A stretch of 48,335 nucleotides of DNA from Octopus bimaculoides (GCF_001194135.2 NC_068981.1:121577864-121626198), one strand, 5' to 3'. Shown: positions 23,377 to 36,128, counted from the stretch's first letter. Program-made: numbers and translations. Notes: generated by a model from the letters alone, not told the origin.

Positions 23377-24109
23377 AAATAGGTCTGTGAGAAAAGCAAA
23401 ACTATCCAAAACAGAGGTAAAAGATACGGGTCATTTGATGAAAAATCCAAAAGGGGTTATTGAACTAGTAAATTTCAGAGAAAGGATATAACTGTGATGT
23501 GAAGTGGTATAAGAAAATGTAATGATATACATGAAGCGAATCAGACAGAATGTATTTCTTTCGAAAGATGGGTGAAAAGTAAAGGGAGGGAAAAGGCCAA
23601 ACTATTGTGTGAAGTCATATTGACAAGGTGAAGAGATAGTGTCGATAAAGTAAAAGCGAGAATAGATGGCAGAGTTTAATGTGTGATTAGCATCTGTCAG
23701 CCAAAACAGAGTGGCGGGGTTATACAATACGTGTGTGTGGAAGTGTGCATTCATATACAGGTGTGTGTGAGTTTGCGCGTGTGTGTCCCTGCGCACGCGT
23801 AGGTGAAGAACTGAGATGGGGGCCTATAAATGGGAGTGTACTAGTGTATATGTGTATTTTAAGAGTGTGTGGGTTTGGTATGTGTGAATCCGTGTGTCTG
23901 TGTTTGTGTGTCAAAAAAATAAGGTCGTTCGTCAGTAGAAGTCTGTGTGTACGTGTGCAGAATGTAGATATGTGTTGGTATGTGTGTACGTGAAAGTATG
24001 TGTGTGTACGTGTCAGTATGTGTGAAGCGTTGTAGAGCGTTTTTGCATTCAGACTACGTGAATAGGAGTGGGATTCGGGAGCGGCAGATGTAGTTAGTAG
24101 GGCAGGGTA

Positions 24110-24415
24110 CAATTACGTGCATGGGTTACAAAAATTGTGAAGATTAAGACCCGTTCCCATCGGATACAAATGGCTGAGAATCCGCTGTAGGAATCCAAAC
24201 CTAAAACTAAGAGATGTTGGGTAGAATGGTCAACGAATCGGAAATGTTATGAGATCAGCAACTCGTCACCGAATCAGATGTCCTTAAGGTGTTCTACAAA
24301 CCACTCGGACAGTTGGCATCAGTTCGTTTGATGCAGAGCACACGTGTACTTGTATGCGCGTGTACAGCGAAAGAGATAAAGATTAGATAAACATGTGTAA
24401 GGGTCCCAGTCTATG
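24110..24415 (-). mobile_element. Penelope-like GIY-YIG endonuclease remnant
   Basis: Minus-strand translation PYTCLSNLYLFRC..QTN*CQLSEWFVEHLKDI*..HFRFVDHS.QHLLVLGL..RWERVLIFT matches the Penelope endonuclease C-terminus pattern (T.RRL..RF.EH..DI...HF...HS......GL...RE..LIF); several stops. Confidence 0.8.
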
Positions 24416-26135
24416 TTTGTTAATGTATGCAATGGTCTTAAAATCGATTTCGCGCCTCTTTATGCACCATAACATCGTTAAAATAGGCTGAACTAAATTA
24501 TGTGGACGATGTAACCAGATAAATCTTTTCATCAACGCCAACTCTCTCTACAGTGTAATGATTGAAATATTTAGAAAAGTAAAAGAACATTCGACATTTA
24601 TTAAATAATTAATGTATCAGCATTATAGCTTTACTACTTAAGTATTTTTTTTTTATATTTAAATGTTAGATATTCAAATAAATGTTAATTTAGATCAGAG
24701 GATGAAATATGTAGGAGATTTAGCTTTGTTACTTTTCAAAACAAAACTTGTTTCAATAGAATATATTACTAAAGTAATGAAACTGTAATCTTGTGCTAAA
24801 GAAATAAAGCGATATTAAAAGATTATAATAGAGGTGATCGCCGTAATGCATGAGTTACACTTTCACTAATTTGCCAACTGAATGAATTATTATATACTTC
24901 TGAATGTTATATCGGTGGAAATGATTGGTATGTTATGCATCCCGTTTAATCTTATCCATGTAATTACACCACAAATGTTGAGAGCCTTTTCAGTAAATAT
25001 ATAGAGATAAAGATTAAAAGAGCTGTCAAAATTCTATTTTCTGCATGGGAGAACAATTAGTGCACTGCTGCTCCGCTTAGCAAAACCTAGTTTTATTTCT
25101 TTTGATGATAAAGTCTGTTATATAATATGACCTTAGGAGAATCTGGTTTGTTCATTCTATGTACAAATGTACAATATGTATATGTATGTATATATATATN
25201 NNNNNNNNNNNNNNNNNNNNNNNNNNNNNNNNNNNNNNNNNNNNNNNNNNNNNNNNNNNNNNNNNNNNNNNNNNNNNNNNNNNNNNNNNNNNNNNNNNNN
25301 NNNNNNNNNNNNNNNNNNNNNNNNNNNNNNNNNNNNNNNNNNNNNNNNNNNNNNNNNNNNNATATATAAGAAAAAAGAAGTAATTCTATGCAGAAGATTT
25401 TGTCCTAAATCGGTTATTCGTTTTAAGAGTTTCTAGCTGTTTGCTATAAAACGTTAATTTCTATTGACTACAAAAAAAAACTGCTTGGTTTCTTCCTTGC
25501 CATCAAAATAAAAAGATACGCAAACAATAGAGCTTAAAGGAATATTGGATGGAAATGAACAAATCTTAAAATGCATATCTAATTGCGCTATACGCTGTGA
25601 TACAACAATGATAATCTTGAGTGACTTAGCCTGCATGCTCTGATTTTCCTGCATTTATTTGCTAATTTGTCAAGGGTAAAATATAGCAAAAATCTCTTTA
25701 GGGCCATGGAGGAATATTTTTTTGCTGAACTGCGTTAAGCACTTTAAGTAAAATACTGCATCTACTGGCAGGGCTTACTTGCTTTCGGCTTTTCGTCACT
25801 GTACACGATGACTGACTGGGGGGATTTAAGTCACCATTTGTTGATTAAACCTGATAAGTAATTCACAAGGTGTTACGCCCATTCCACTCGGTGAATGTAC
25901 TCGAAAGCTGGTATTAAATGCGTGTTTCAATTTCAAATACTCCTTCTCACCAAACGAAATCATTTACAAGCATATGGTACTTTGTCCTATCTTTCAAAAT
26001 CTCATTTTTTTTTCAAACCAGTTGCAAAGCCGATGGAGACAGTTATAATAATGTCTCATCTATCAAGATCAGTTGAAAATTGACATTTTGTATACTGGTG
26101 ACCCTCAAAGGATTGTTCGCTGAGTTATACCTACT

Positions 26136-26333
26136 TATTTCTTTATTGCCCACAAGGGGCTAAACATAGAGGGGACTAACAAGGACAGACAAAGGGATTA
26201 AGTCGATTACATCGACCCCAGTGCGTAACTGGTACTTAATTTATCGACCCCGAAAGGATGAAAGGCAAAGTCAACCTCGGCGGAATTCGAACTCAGAAAA
26301 TAACGGCAGACGAAATACCGTTAGCCTTTCGCC
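26136..26333 (-). mobile_element. Head-truncated SINE body (Meta-domain-like family), well preserved
   Basis: Minus strand GGCGAAAGG..GAGTTCGAATTCCGCCGAGGTTGACTTTGCCTTTCATCCTTTCGGGGTCGATAAATTAAGTACCAG..GGGCAATAAAGAAATA; lacks the first ~30 nt (A box) present in the copy at 46831-47053. Confidence 0.92.
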
Positions 26334-26472
26334 ACCTTAGGAAACAACTCTAGTTCGGATATGGTTCCGGCTTAGAGGCGTTCAGCCGTTATCGCTCAGA
26401 GGCAGCCTGGCACCACCGCTCTATCGAGCGAGCGCGCAAACCATTGCTCTGATCCCGCGGTTCCTCTCGTAC
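26334..26472 (-). pseudogene. 28S rRNA: 28S (LSU) rRNA fragment from the 3' region, retro-copied
   Basis: Minus strand GTACGAGAGGAACCGCGGGATC...GATAACGGCTGAACGCCTCTAAGCCGGAA contains the conserved eukaryotic LSU motifs GTACGAGAGGAACC and CTGAACGCCTCTAAG at about the expected spacing. The boundary with the SINE (26334-26365) is uncertain. Confidence 0.88.
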
Positions 26473-28990
26473 CTACTAGTATCCTGACATATTATACTAC
26501 TTCGATGATCATTTGGTGTTAAGTATATCCAAAAAAATTAAAGCAATATTTAAATTCAGATTTAAAGCAATAAACTTCCTGTATTATTTGAAGTTTAAAT
26601 AATCCATCAGCGTGCCTGAAAACTTGTCGGGATAAGAGATCCAAAGACTAAAGAGTTCCTTTCATCTTTTTCTCATGTTTTCATTATAAATTTTACATGT
26701 TATATATTTACACATTTTACATGCCTTCAGATCTCGTCCATTTTTTGGTAACGCTTACTCCTCTTCCCCTCTTTATTATCAACTGCGCCCTTCCCCTTTT
26801 ACTTCTTATCTTTCGTCCTTGCCAATATATATCTCATAATCTCACATTCTCTCTTTCTTTCCCCAACGACTTTCAAAATAACTTACTACTTTTATCTTAT
26901 TGTCATTTTTTTTCTTCTTTCACTTTCTGAGTATCACTATACTTGGAAATTTATCCTTTCTTTGCATTACGACCTAACTTTCGTAAGTCTATATACTGTA
27001 TATCGAAGCATGAACGTATCATGGCACCTGTATTTTTATATTATATTTTCATATACGACTTTGTGTAATATTGCGTAATGATATCTACATCGGATTTCAG
27101 AGTATGAGTAATAAAATACGCTCTTCAGATGATACATCGAAGCATCTGCAAAGTTATAATAGTAATTACGGAAATTTATATACAAATTCACGAGGATATA
27201 TTCTATAAAACTATGATTGGTTATCTCCTTCTCTTTACATTTTATAGCCAACTCGCCCGGTTTTGGATTACGTACTGTGATTAAGAAGTTCGATCTTAAG
27301 AATTAAATCCGTCCCGGAATTAATTTGCTACCTATCTATTCTTGCGTAAGTGTCCTCATAACCACTACAAAAACACTCTCGCACACACACACATATATAC
27401 ATACATATATATACAAACACATACAAACACACACACACAAACATACAGAGACACACAAATATATATATGCAAATATTTACATATATATATATACATATTT
27501 AAAGATAGATAGACAAATAGACAGACAGGCGTATATATATATATATATATATATAGGTAAGTGTGCGTGTGTGCTTGTGTGCGTACGCGTTGGTGTGTGT
27601 GTGACAAACAGCACCTAAATTGAAACGGTATCTTTTCGATATATCAGCTTAACAAAAGACAAACTAATATCTATAGCACCATTTATTTTTTGTCCGGTTC
27701 AATCCTTACAGACAAAATGTGATATAAAGTGTAATTTCCTCTGGTCTACTGTCAGTAAATTTCTGCCTCATTGATATTGATTCCTGCTAGACAAAATTAA
27801 ATATTTGACAATATTTCTTTTAACGAAATCGTATCACATGTCATTAAAAGATTTAGAAAGTTTGCACCTTAAATATGTTCGAATAGCTATTTCCAGACGA
27901 AATGGTGCTTTATGTAAGTTCAAAATTGCAGAGTGTTTCATAATGTTGCATAATTACATAAAGTTAGAATTCAACTTACATCACAATATACGTGCTTTGA
28001 ATAAATATACTTCGCATACATATACGTTAATACTCTCAAACATTCATTTGTTTTAGTTTTATTACTATAAACTGCACTGTGGCAAATGTTCCTATTAGAC
28101 ATTTGATACATATCTGCATTTGCAGGACATACGATATATATATGTATATATATATATGTGTGAGTGTGTGTGTGTGTTTGTGTGTGTGTGAGTGTGTGTG
28201 TGAGTGTGTGTGTATGTGTGTGTGAGTGTGTGTGTGTATATGTGTGTGTCCGTGTATGTGTGTGTACGTGTACATGTATGTGTGTATATGTGCGCGCATG
28301 TATGCGTATATATATATGGGTATGCGTGTGTATGCATATATATATATGTGTATGTATATATATGTATGTATGTATATATATGCGTATGCATGCATGCATA
28401 TGTATGTTTATGAATATATATGCGTATATGTACATATGTGTATATGTATGTGTGTATGTATATATATGCATGCATGCGTGCGGGTTTAAATGCACAAGAA
28501 CGCAAGCCTGTATAGTAGTGCTTGCACACACATATATGTACATGTGTNNNNNNNNNNNNNNNNNNNNNNNNNNNNNNNNNNNNNNNNNNNNNNNNNNNNN
28601 NNNNNNNNNNNNNNNNNNNNNNNNNNNNNNNNNNNNNNNNNNNNNNNNNNNNNNNNNNNNNNNNNNNNNNNNNNNNNNNNNNNNNNNNNNNNNNNNNNNN
28701 NNNNNNNNNNNNNNNNNNNNNNNNNNNNTTTAGAAAACTACACTCCTATACCTTTTTTTGTACCCATCCCTTAGTGCCATTCAAACATATCAGCCCACCT
28801 CACACACCTCACACACATTCATTAATTACGTTCTTATCTCTTCCTACCCCTCTACTCCTCTCTCATCCCTCCTCATAATATCTTCACCACCAACTAACCC
28901 TCCTTTTTTTACTTTTTCACTTTCTTTCACTCATTTTTGTGTGTTTGTGTATGCATACATACATACATTTATACATACATGCATACATAC

Positions 28991-29021
<31 letters not shown>

Positions 29022-29023
29022 CA

Positions 29024-29055
<32 letters not shown>

Positions 29056-29134
29056 CACTTACAATCACACATACAGAAATATTTTTTCTACTTGTAAAAA
29101 TGTGATGAATGTCAAAGATTATATCTTTGTTGTC

Positions 29135-29560
29135 GCCATGGATCGTACCCCTGCACAGTATTGATGACTCTACAACGAAAGTATTCCCGATTAAGCGCGA
29201 GTTTTCCAGCTACCTTGCCATTCTATTACTAGATTTTAATATTGTCCATTGATAGCGTTCTTTGTCTGCGTCTTGATCGACTACCCTCTACACTTCCATC
29301 CTTGATAATATTTTTCTCTCCCCTTCTTCTCCAACTATGGCCATAAAAGATGGCGCCAAAATATTCCGGCGCTATCGTCTTTCACCTCCATACATATAAT
29401 GCCTATTTATTTCTCCGAAGGACTTTGAAGGGATTCGTAACGTTCTCCTATACACCTAAATTTCAAATGCGATGAATATATTCTCTTCAAATATATTCAG
29501 CGGCTATGCTTCACTACCATACCTACATAAAATAATTTCATTGAAATTTTATCCCTGGAG
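29135..29560 (-). mobile_element. RTE-clade LINE 3' end, decayed
   Basis: Minus-strand translation YGSEA*PLNIFEENIFIAFEI*VYRRTLRIP...DGSVEGSRSRRRQRTLSMDNIK matches the RTE post-RT consensus (YGSEAWTL....AFEMWCYRRMLRI...G.VEG.RSRGRQR..W.D.IK). Confidence 0.82.
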
Positions 29561-30378
29561 TATAACCCATTAGAAGTATCCATGATATAATATTCATGAG
29601 ATCTAATTCCGATGAGACAGTTGTAAATTGATGAAATAAAAGCATTGCTCATTCATTTGTTCTTGATTATATTCACATAAATATATATACATATATGCGT
29701 GTGTGTATGTGTGTGTTGTGAATAATATGGAAAATAATCACTGAGTCGAGGTACGTAAATATTCGAACTGCAAATCAGAGAGGTTAGAACGAAAGGCTGC
29801 TAAAAATTATTTCCTCGCAAGTACTGCTTCATGAATTCCACTGTTTTTTTGTTGTTGTTTTTTACTTCTATTATGAAAGTAATAAATGTCAAAGATTATA
29901 TCTAATCTCACAAGAATAAATCACTGTAAACCGAATAATATTAACTCAAAATATAAGTACTTCTTTTACATATTGAAATTTAAGAGATGTTTGGCAAAGG
30001 TTTTGTTTACCTTTTAAACAGAATTGCATTATGTATTGCGACTGCAATATTATTGGGAGCTGATTTTAAGTGGTTTTATGTATTTCACCTTTATGTAATG
30101 TAATTAACCCTGGAAACTGATAATGGTGAATGAGGATGTATATTAGACTACAAAATGTAATTTTCGTAAGCCGGAATGATCAAATTATTAGTGCATATTG
30201 ATTGCATTGGACGGATATAGATACATATACACTCGCCCCCCCCCCACACACACACAAACACATGCACACACACATATATATATACATACATATAAGTGTA
30301 TATAAGTATATATATGTGCATATTTATGTATATATGTGCATATATATATATATGTACATATATATATGTATGTGTGTG

Positions 30379-30426
<48 letters not shown>

Positions 30427-31203
30427 AGCCCCCATATTTCCACACAGGACTGAACACATTTTATTCACATGAAAAAAGTATCACATACGTAATTTAAGCT
30501 CATATGTACACCACATTCGCACACTACATAACATTATAAAATGCACATACAAACACACTCTTGCACAAGTACACTTTCGACGCATATACACAATACTTTT
30601 ATTTTACCTATATATATCTCCTTATTCTTTTCTCTATCGAGTGTAGACAACAAAACACACACAAAGACACATGCAATACTCCACAGGAGTCAAACTCACA
30701 ACACTTATACACACACTCACATACACATATAAAAATATTTCCTTCTTCTTCTCCAATTGTGTTCAATTGTAAAAACAGAGTTAAAACAATCTTTTACATT
30801 AAACCTCATTTCTGCTTTTTCATTTACAGGTTCGAACATTATCAAGTGATTAGACATTACGGTCTACTACATATTCTGAATTTGCACTCGCACGCACTCA
30901 AGTACGTGCGCACACACACAGTACAAAGGTCTTCAATTTTACAAACACATACACCTTTTAAATAGGGTTATTCAAACATGCACAAATAGCACAAAATGCA
31001 AACACACACATAGATCTTGTTATAAATTGTCAAAGCAAAGACATAATATTTTTATTTGTGTACTGAAATATATGTCTAACACAAATTATATTGTACACGA
31101 ATTGTAACAACCCCACAACACGGCCCACTGCTGACATATAATATATATATGTATATACGATGGGAAGTTGGATATTATACGCACTTTCGCATAACATATG
31201 TTT

Positions 31204-31350
31204 ATTATTTGTCACACTGCCTTCTGCGCATGCGTGCTTATAGTTGGTATTATTGTGGTTATGTGTTCCAAGTTCGGGCCTGATTGCGCCATTTTACGTT
31301 CTGGCTTTACAGTGTAAGCACACATACATAGAAGGCAGTGTAACAATAAT
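31204..31350. mobile_element. MITE-like inverted-repeat element (about 147 bp)
   Basis: TGTCACACTGCCTTCT (31210-31225) versus the reverse complement of AGAAGGCAGTGTAACA (31330-31345) is 15/16; the arms extend to about 35 bp with transition mismatches. Confidence 0.55.
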
Positions 31351-32042
31351 GAAGATATGCTATGGCGAAAGTGAGGATAATTTTTGACATCCCTCGTAAA
31401 TATCTTTAACCACACTCGCATGCACACGCATGCATACATACACAAAAGATCTCACAAAGCACATTAACACTAGCAAAAAATATCAGAGACCGATATTCGT
31501 ACTCACATAGTGTAAGTAACCCTACCTATTTTGCACATGCATATTCATACATGTGTACACACCCAAACCACTACATACACAAATATACATCACAACAAGC
31601 CTGCTTCCAATTGCACATATGCAGTAGCTGACACAATCCTCTCAGCAACAGGTTATATGGCCCTAACTTATATTACTACATCCCAGCTAGAATTATAGCT
31701 TTTCAGCGCAACTACACACTTCGCATTTCCCCACTCTCTTCCCATCACCAGTGTTTCACATTCATTTTGCTTTATTTCAGAACAAGGAGTGATGTTGAAA
31801 TGTCAAACACAGTTCTATGTCCATATGTTCTAAACTTTAAGCTAATATATTATTCACGATCATACATTGTTTGTCCAGTGTCGTTTTCTTTCATGTTTTC
31901 TTACAGTTCTTTGAATCATTATCATCATCACAATGATCATCATCATCTCCATTCATTATCATCATCTTCCTCATGCTCATCATCATCACCATATATATAC
32001 AGACAAACAGACAGACAGTTAGACAGATATATAGATAGATAT

Positions 32043-32074
32043 GTTTCTTTATTAGCCACACAGGGCTCAACATA
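32043..32074 (-). mobile_element. SINE 3' tail running into a gap
   Basis: GTTTCTTTATTAGCCACACAGGGCTCAACATA parallels the tail at 26136-26168. Confidence 0.6.
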
Positions 32075-32190
32075 NNNNNNNNNNNNNNNNNNNNNNNNNN
32101 NNNNNNNNNNNNNNNNNNNNNNNNNNNNNNNNNNNNNNNNNNNNNNNNNNNNNNNNNNNNNNNNNNNNNNNNNNAGATAGATAGATAGAC

Positions 32191-32222
<32 letters not shown>

Positions 32223-32544
32223 CCAGACATCGAGCTGTAGGGAGAAAGTTAGCTTCGAACAATCCGAAGTAGATATAAAACTTTCAGGGTCACATTCTTA
32301 TTGAATCGTCCATGTGTTAACATGTACCTGCTTTCGATAATGTAAACCTTCATTTAATCAAGATATCCTTGACCTGAAGAGTAGCCTACAGTAAACGCCT
32401 AGCTTGAACATTTACCACTTCCAACTTCCGGTGATTATGTAGCCCTCATCTCATATACATCATTCCTTAACTCTTGTATATATATATATATATATATGGT
32501 AAAAAAGTCAAGGTAGAAAATGCTAAAATAATTTTATAAAAAAC

Positions 32545-33042
32545 ATTTCAGTACCGGTTTTGGTCATTGAGCAAACTTTGTGGTGATAATATCTCAGCAA
32601 AAAAAAACTTGATAAGTATAGAAAATATAAAGATTTGCTGATTGAAATCGATAATATGTGGCATCTCAAGACGGTCACGATACCAGTGATTTTAGGAGCA
32701 TTTAGAATGATCAAAAAAGGAACTAAACGTTATTTAAGAATGATCCCTGGCTTACGATCCATGTAGGAAGTACACAAGATTGTCTGAACTGGTACGTCAC
32801 ACGTAATGAGAAGAGCATTTACGCTGTGAATTTTCTTTCCTTTTTCCCCTTTATTTTCTTTTCCTTTTTTTAATTTTTTCTTTTTCCTTTCTTTCCTTTT
32901 TCTCCTTACCCTCTTCCCCTTCTTTTTCATATCACATGACTTCGTTTATTTTAATGGCCTACAAATATATAAACTGAGTTTATATGTCCTGGATGTTGGG
33001 AAGAGCCTCGGCATGAAATGGAAACAAAATTGAAGTAAAAAG

Positions 33043-33136
<94 letters not shown>
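32545..33136 (+). mobile_element. R4/Dong-type RLE non-LTR retrotransposon 3' end with (AAT)n/(GAT)n tail
   Basis: KLDKYRKYKDLLIEIDNMWHLKTVTIPVILGAFRMIKKGT...TGTSHVMRRAFTL* (about 32605-32829) matches the RLE C-terminus (KY.DL.IEI..MW......P...GA.G); a 3' UTR and then a trinucleotide tail from about 33045. Confidence 0.85.
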
Positions 33137-33137
<1 letters not shown>

Positions 33138-33138
33138 A

Positions 33139-33273
33139 TCTTGTGGAAGCACAAGGCCCGCAATTTTGAGGGAGAGGTCTCGTCGATTACATCGACGCCA
33201 TTACACTGCTGGTAATTATCTGATTGACTCCGAAAGGATGAAAGGCAAAGCCGACCTTCGGTGGAATTGAGTT
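33139..33273 (-). mobile_element. SINE fragment (Meta-domain-like family) within a microsatellite
   Basis: GTCGATTACATCGAC...CCGAAAGGATGAAAGGCAAAGCCGACCT. Confidence 0.85.
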
Positions 33274-33295
33274 AATAGTGAAGATGATGATAATA

Positions 33296-33400
<105 letters not shown>

Positions 33401-34012
33401 GCAAAAACAATAATAATAATAATAACAACAGCAATACAAGATAACATATTCAAACGAAGATTAAATACTTTGAAGTTCACTTCGAAATAGGTAACTTTCC
33501 AGGTCTTAAAATATTTTTACTTATGTCTCTAACGATTAAGATGTTCGGGAACATGAAGCATATAAAGAGAATTAGTAAACAAACTGAGGACTAAAGAAAA
33601 AAAAACACATATGTTCGCGCGCGAGCATACACATATATGTGCGTATGTGGGCATATAGATATGTGTATGTGTTTGTGTGTATACGCACACACACGCGCGC
33701 ATGTATGTATTTGTATATAAACTAATTAATGTTTCTTTAATTGCAACTGGAGTCAGACCTTGTTTTTATGTCCTCGATGTTATTCTGTTATTCTCATATT
33801 TTGTTGTTTACGCAGAAAAGTTAATAGAACTACCGTAAATAATAGACCGTACAATTAGATAATTAGATGCTCACTTATATATTTCAGTATGTATGCACAG
33901 GTTGTAAATTCCAATTTGAGAATATATTAATGATTCCCTTCACTAATAGCTTGTTTATTATACCGAAATATTATCTGATCTGCATTAATTGTGCTATTTT
34001 TTTCGATATAAC

Positions 34013-34079
<67 letters not shown>

Positions 34080-34168
34080 GCAATAATGATAATAATAATA
34101 ATAATGATAATAATAATAATAATGATAATAATAATAAGGAGGAGGAGGAGGAGGAGGACTATAGCAAT

Positions 34169-34563
34169 GATTTCTTTTATTGGCTCAAGGCATGGAGGAC
34201 AATATCAAAGGACAGGTTACAGCAAACAAAAGAAGACAAAAGCAAAAATACAGAAACAAAAACAAAGACAAACAGGTGGAGTTTACATCGATCAAATGGA
34301 GATACTGCCATATTAAATTATATAACACAGAATAATTTCTTAGAAAGTAGGGGACAAAATTATAAATAGATAAATTATAACTAACTACATAAATAAATAA
34401 ATAGAATCCCCAATTGCGGGGCAGTCCGTTTAGGGTAATCCGAGTTAAGCCCCACGCAACAATCCCGGATTATTCTCCCATCTCCAAGGCATCAGAAATG
34501 CCTCCTTCCAGTTTCTTTTCTTCTGCTTAGAAAAGCATACTCAGAGTTGATCCTTTTAGTCCC
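34169..34563 (-). mobile_element. Probable LINE 3' end (possibly L1/Tx1-type), unclassified
   Basis: Minus strand: short frame ending ..NWKEAFLMPWRWENNPGLLRGA*, a T-rich 3' UTR, and a terminal GAGCCAATAAAAGAAATC with poly(A) signal. The clade assignment is a guess. Confidence 0.35.
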
Positions 34564-34628
<65 letters not shown>

Positions 34629-34642
34629 TAATAACAATACAA

Positions 34643-35188
34643 TGCCCTGATGCAGTATCAGACAGTGGCTCTTATGGCTTCCGATCTTAATTGATTGGAA
34701 GTGTTATTATGTACATTGTTTTGTCTTGCTGTAAAAGATGGGCTACAGCAAATATTCTGTTGAATACCACAGATTTGTTAGTTGCTTGACCTTAACCAGT
34801 TAAGCTTGACCCTTAGTGGCTGACGATTTGTGCATCTCAAGAGCAGAAGTAGTGGAGGTGATTGAAAGACATGTGTTGAGAGGAATTATTTGGGTTTTGG
34901 ATAATTCACATTTGGAAACCTGGGTGTTTTGTTCAATATCCTTAACCAACCCTTATTCAGGGATCTTCTGAGCGGGTGGGACTACTTGACCTGAAAAAAA
35001 TTCTAACTGAGCCCCACCTGTAAGGTCATTCACTGTTTATCTTGATATGAGATCACCATGCCACGCACATAAGGTTGCGATGCATGTGCTTGTTGTACCC
35101 TTATCAGACGGATATTCTTGATGGGTATACTGGGCTTCGTTCATTTTACCACAGTGTCACCTTGATGACATGCGCTGCTCTCTCACTC
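34643..35188 (+). mobile_element. Non-coding element embedded in (AAT)n that shares its 3' end with the adjacent R4/Dong-type relic
   Basis: Flanked on both sides by (AAT)n; ends CATGCGCTGCTCTCTCACTC-(AAT)n, versus CATATGCTGCTCTCTCACTC-AAT at 35897-35916. Confidence 0.65.
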
Positions 35189-35201
35189 AATAATAATAGT
35201 A

Positions 35202-35232
<31 letters not shown>

Positions 35233-35290
35233 CGATGACGACGACGACGACGACGACAACGACGATGACGACGACGATGATGATGGTGAT

Positions 35291-35347
<57 letters not shown>

Positions 35348-35348
35348 T

Positions 35349-35916
35349 AAGAACGAGGAAGTATTGAAAGCAGAGAAAAAGGAAAAACAAAGACATGAAG
35401 AAGAATTGTGCAAGAACATATGAAGAAAAATTACGCAAGAGGGGACTACAGAATCAATTCCATGATCCACAACAGAATTTTCAGGAAATAATGGGTGGAA
35501 TTGACTGATGAAAGGAACACTAAAAAAAAAAGACCGAGACACAATACTGACAGCGCAAGACCAAGGTTTGGTCACGAACTGGACTGGGGTTAGCCTTAGG
35601 ATTGAGCAAGTGTTTCTGCTGTGCTGCATTTGCAATAGAGTAGATGAAACCATTGCTCATATTACGAACGAATGCCCTAGACTTGCCCAAAACCACTACA
35701 AGCTGTGGCGACACGATCAGGTGGCGAAAATGTTATATCGGAAACTGTGCAAAAAGTGGGGGCTAGAAAGAGGCAAGGCGTGGTATGAGTACAAGGCGCA
35801 GAGAGGCAAAGTTGGAGACTAACAAGATCCTCTGGAATTTCACAATCCAAATAGATCAGGTGCTACAGCATAACAGATTGGACCTATATTTTGTAGCATA
35901 TGCTGCTCTCTCACTC
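35349..35916 (+). mobile_element. R4/Dong-type RLE LINE relic (CCHC knuckle and start of the endonuclease), internally deleted
   Basis: LMKGTLKK..TILTAQDQGL..CICNRVDETIAHITNECPRLAQNHYKLWRHDQVAK..LC..W (C-x2-C-x8-H-x4-C knuckle), then KILWNFTIQID....NRLDL (PD motif), fused directly to the 3' terminus. Confidence 0.9.
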
Positions 35917-35949
35917 AATAATCATAATAATAATAATAATAATAATAAT

Positions 35950-36128
35950 GACATCCTCAGAAAAGCCCTATCCATTTAAATGTCTGTGTTGTATTACATG
36001 AAGATATTTCACTACCTCACCTCCCCAAGCATTCAGTTATACTGAAACATCTGTTATCCTTCACTCGCCCTAGGACGCTGGGCGTGTCTCGGCAAGTGAC
36101 TGTAACAGATATGCAGATAAAAAGTAAA
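35950..36128 (+). mobile_element. 5'-truncated RLE LINE 3' end
   Basis: DILRKALSI* (stop 35977-35979) matches the same C-terminus as 32545-32829; 3' UTR CCCTAGGACGCTGGGCGTGTCTCGGCAAG, followed by (GAA)n. Confidence 0.65.

Noticed and set aside
26334-26472. Functional rRNA gene
   Set aside because: Only about 140 nt is present, fused to a SINE, with no other rDNA nearby.
28730-28930. Possible Penelope 3' end after the gap
   Set aside because: Only a short TTTTGTA-CCCAT match to the 24110 relic in low-complexity C/T-rich sequence; insufficient support.
29160-29200. TTGATGA..CGAAA hammerhead-like core
   Set aside because: No stem II or III pairing; it lies in the antisense of an RTE 3' end.
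33600-33710. Apparent palindromes (CGCGCGCG, ATATGT/ACATAT)
   Set aside because: Self-complementarity follows trivially from mixed (CA)/(TG)/(TA)/(CG) microsatellite decay.
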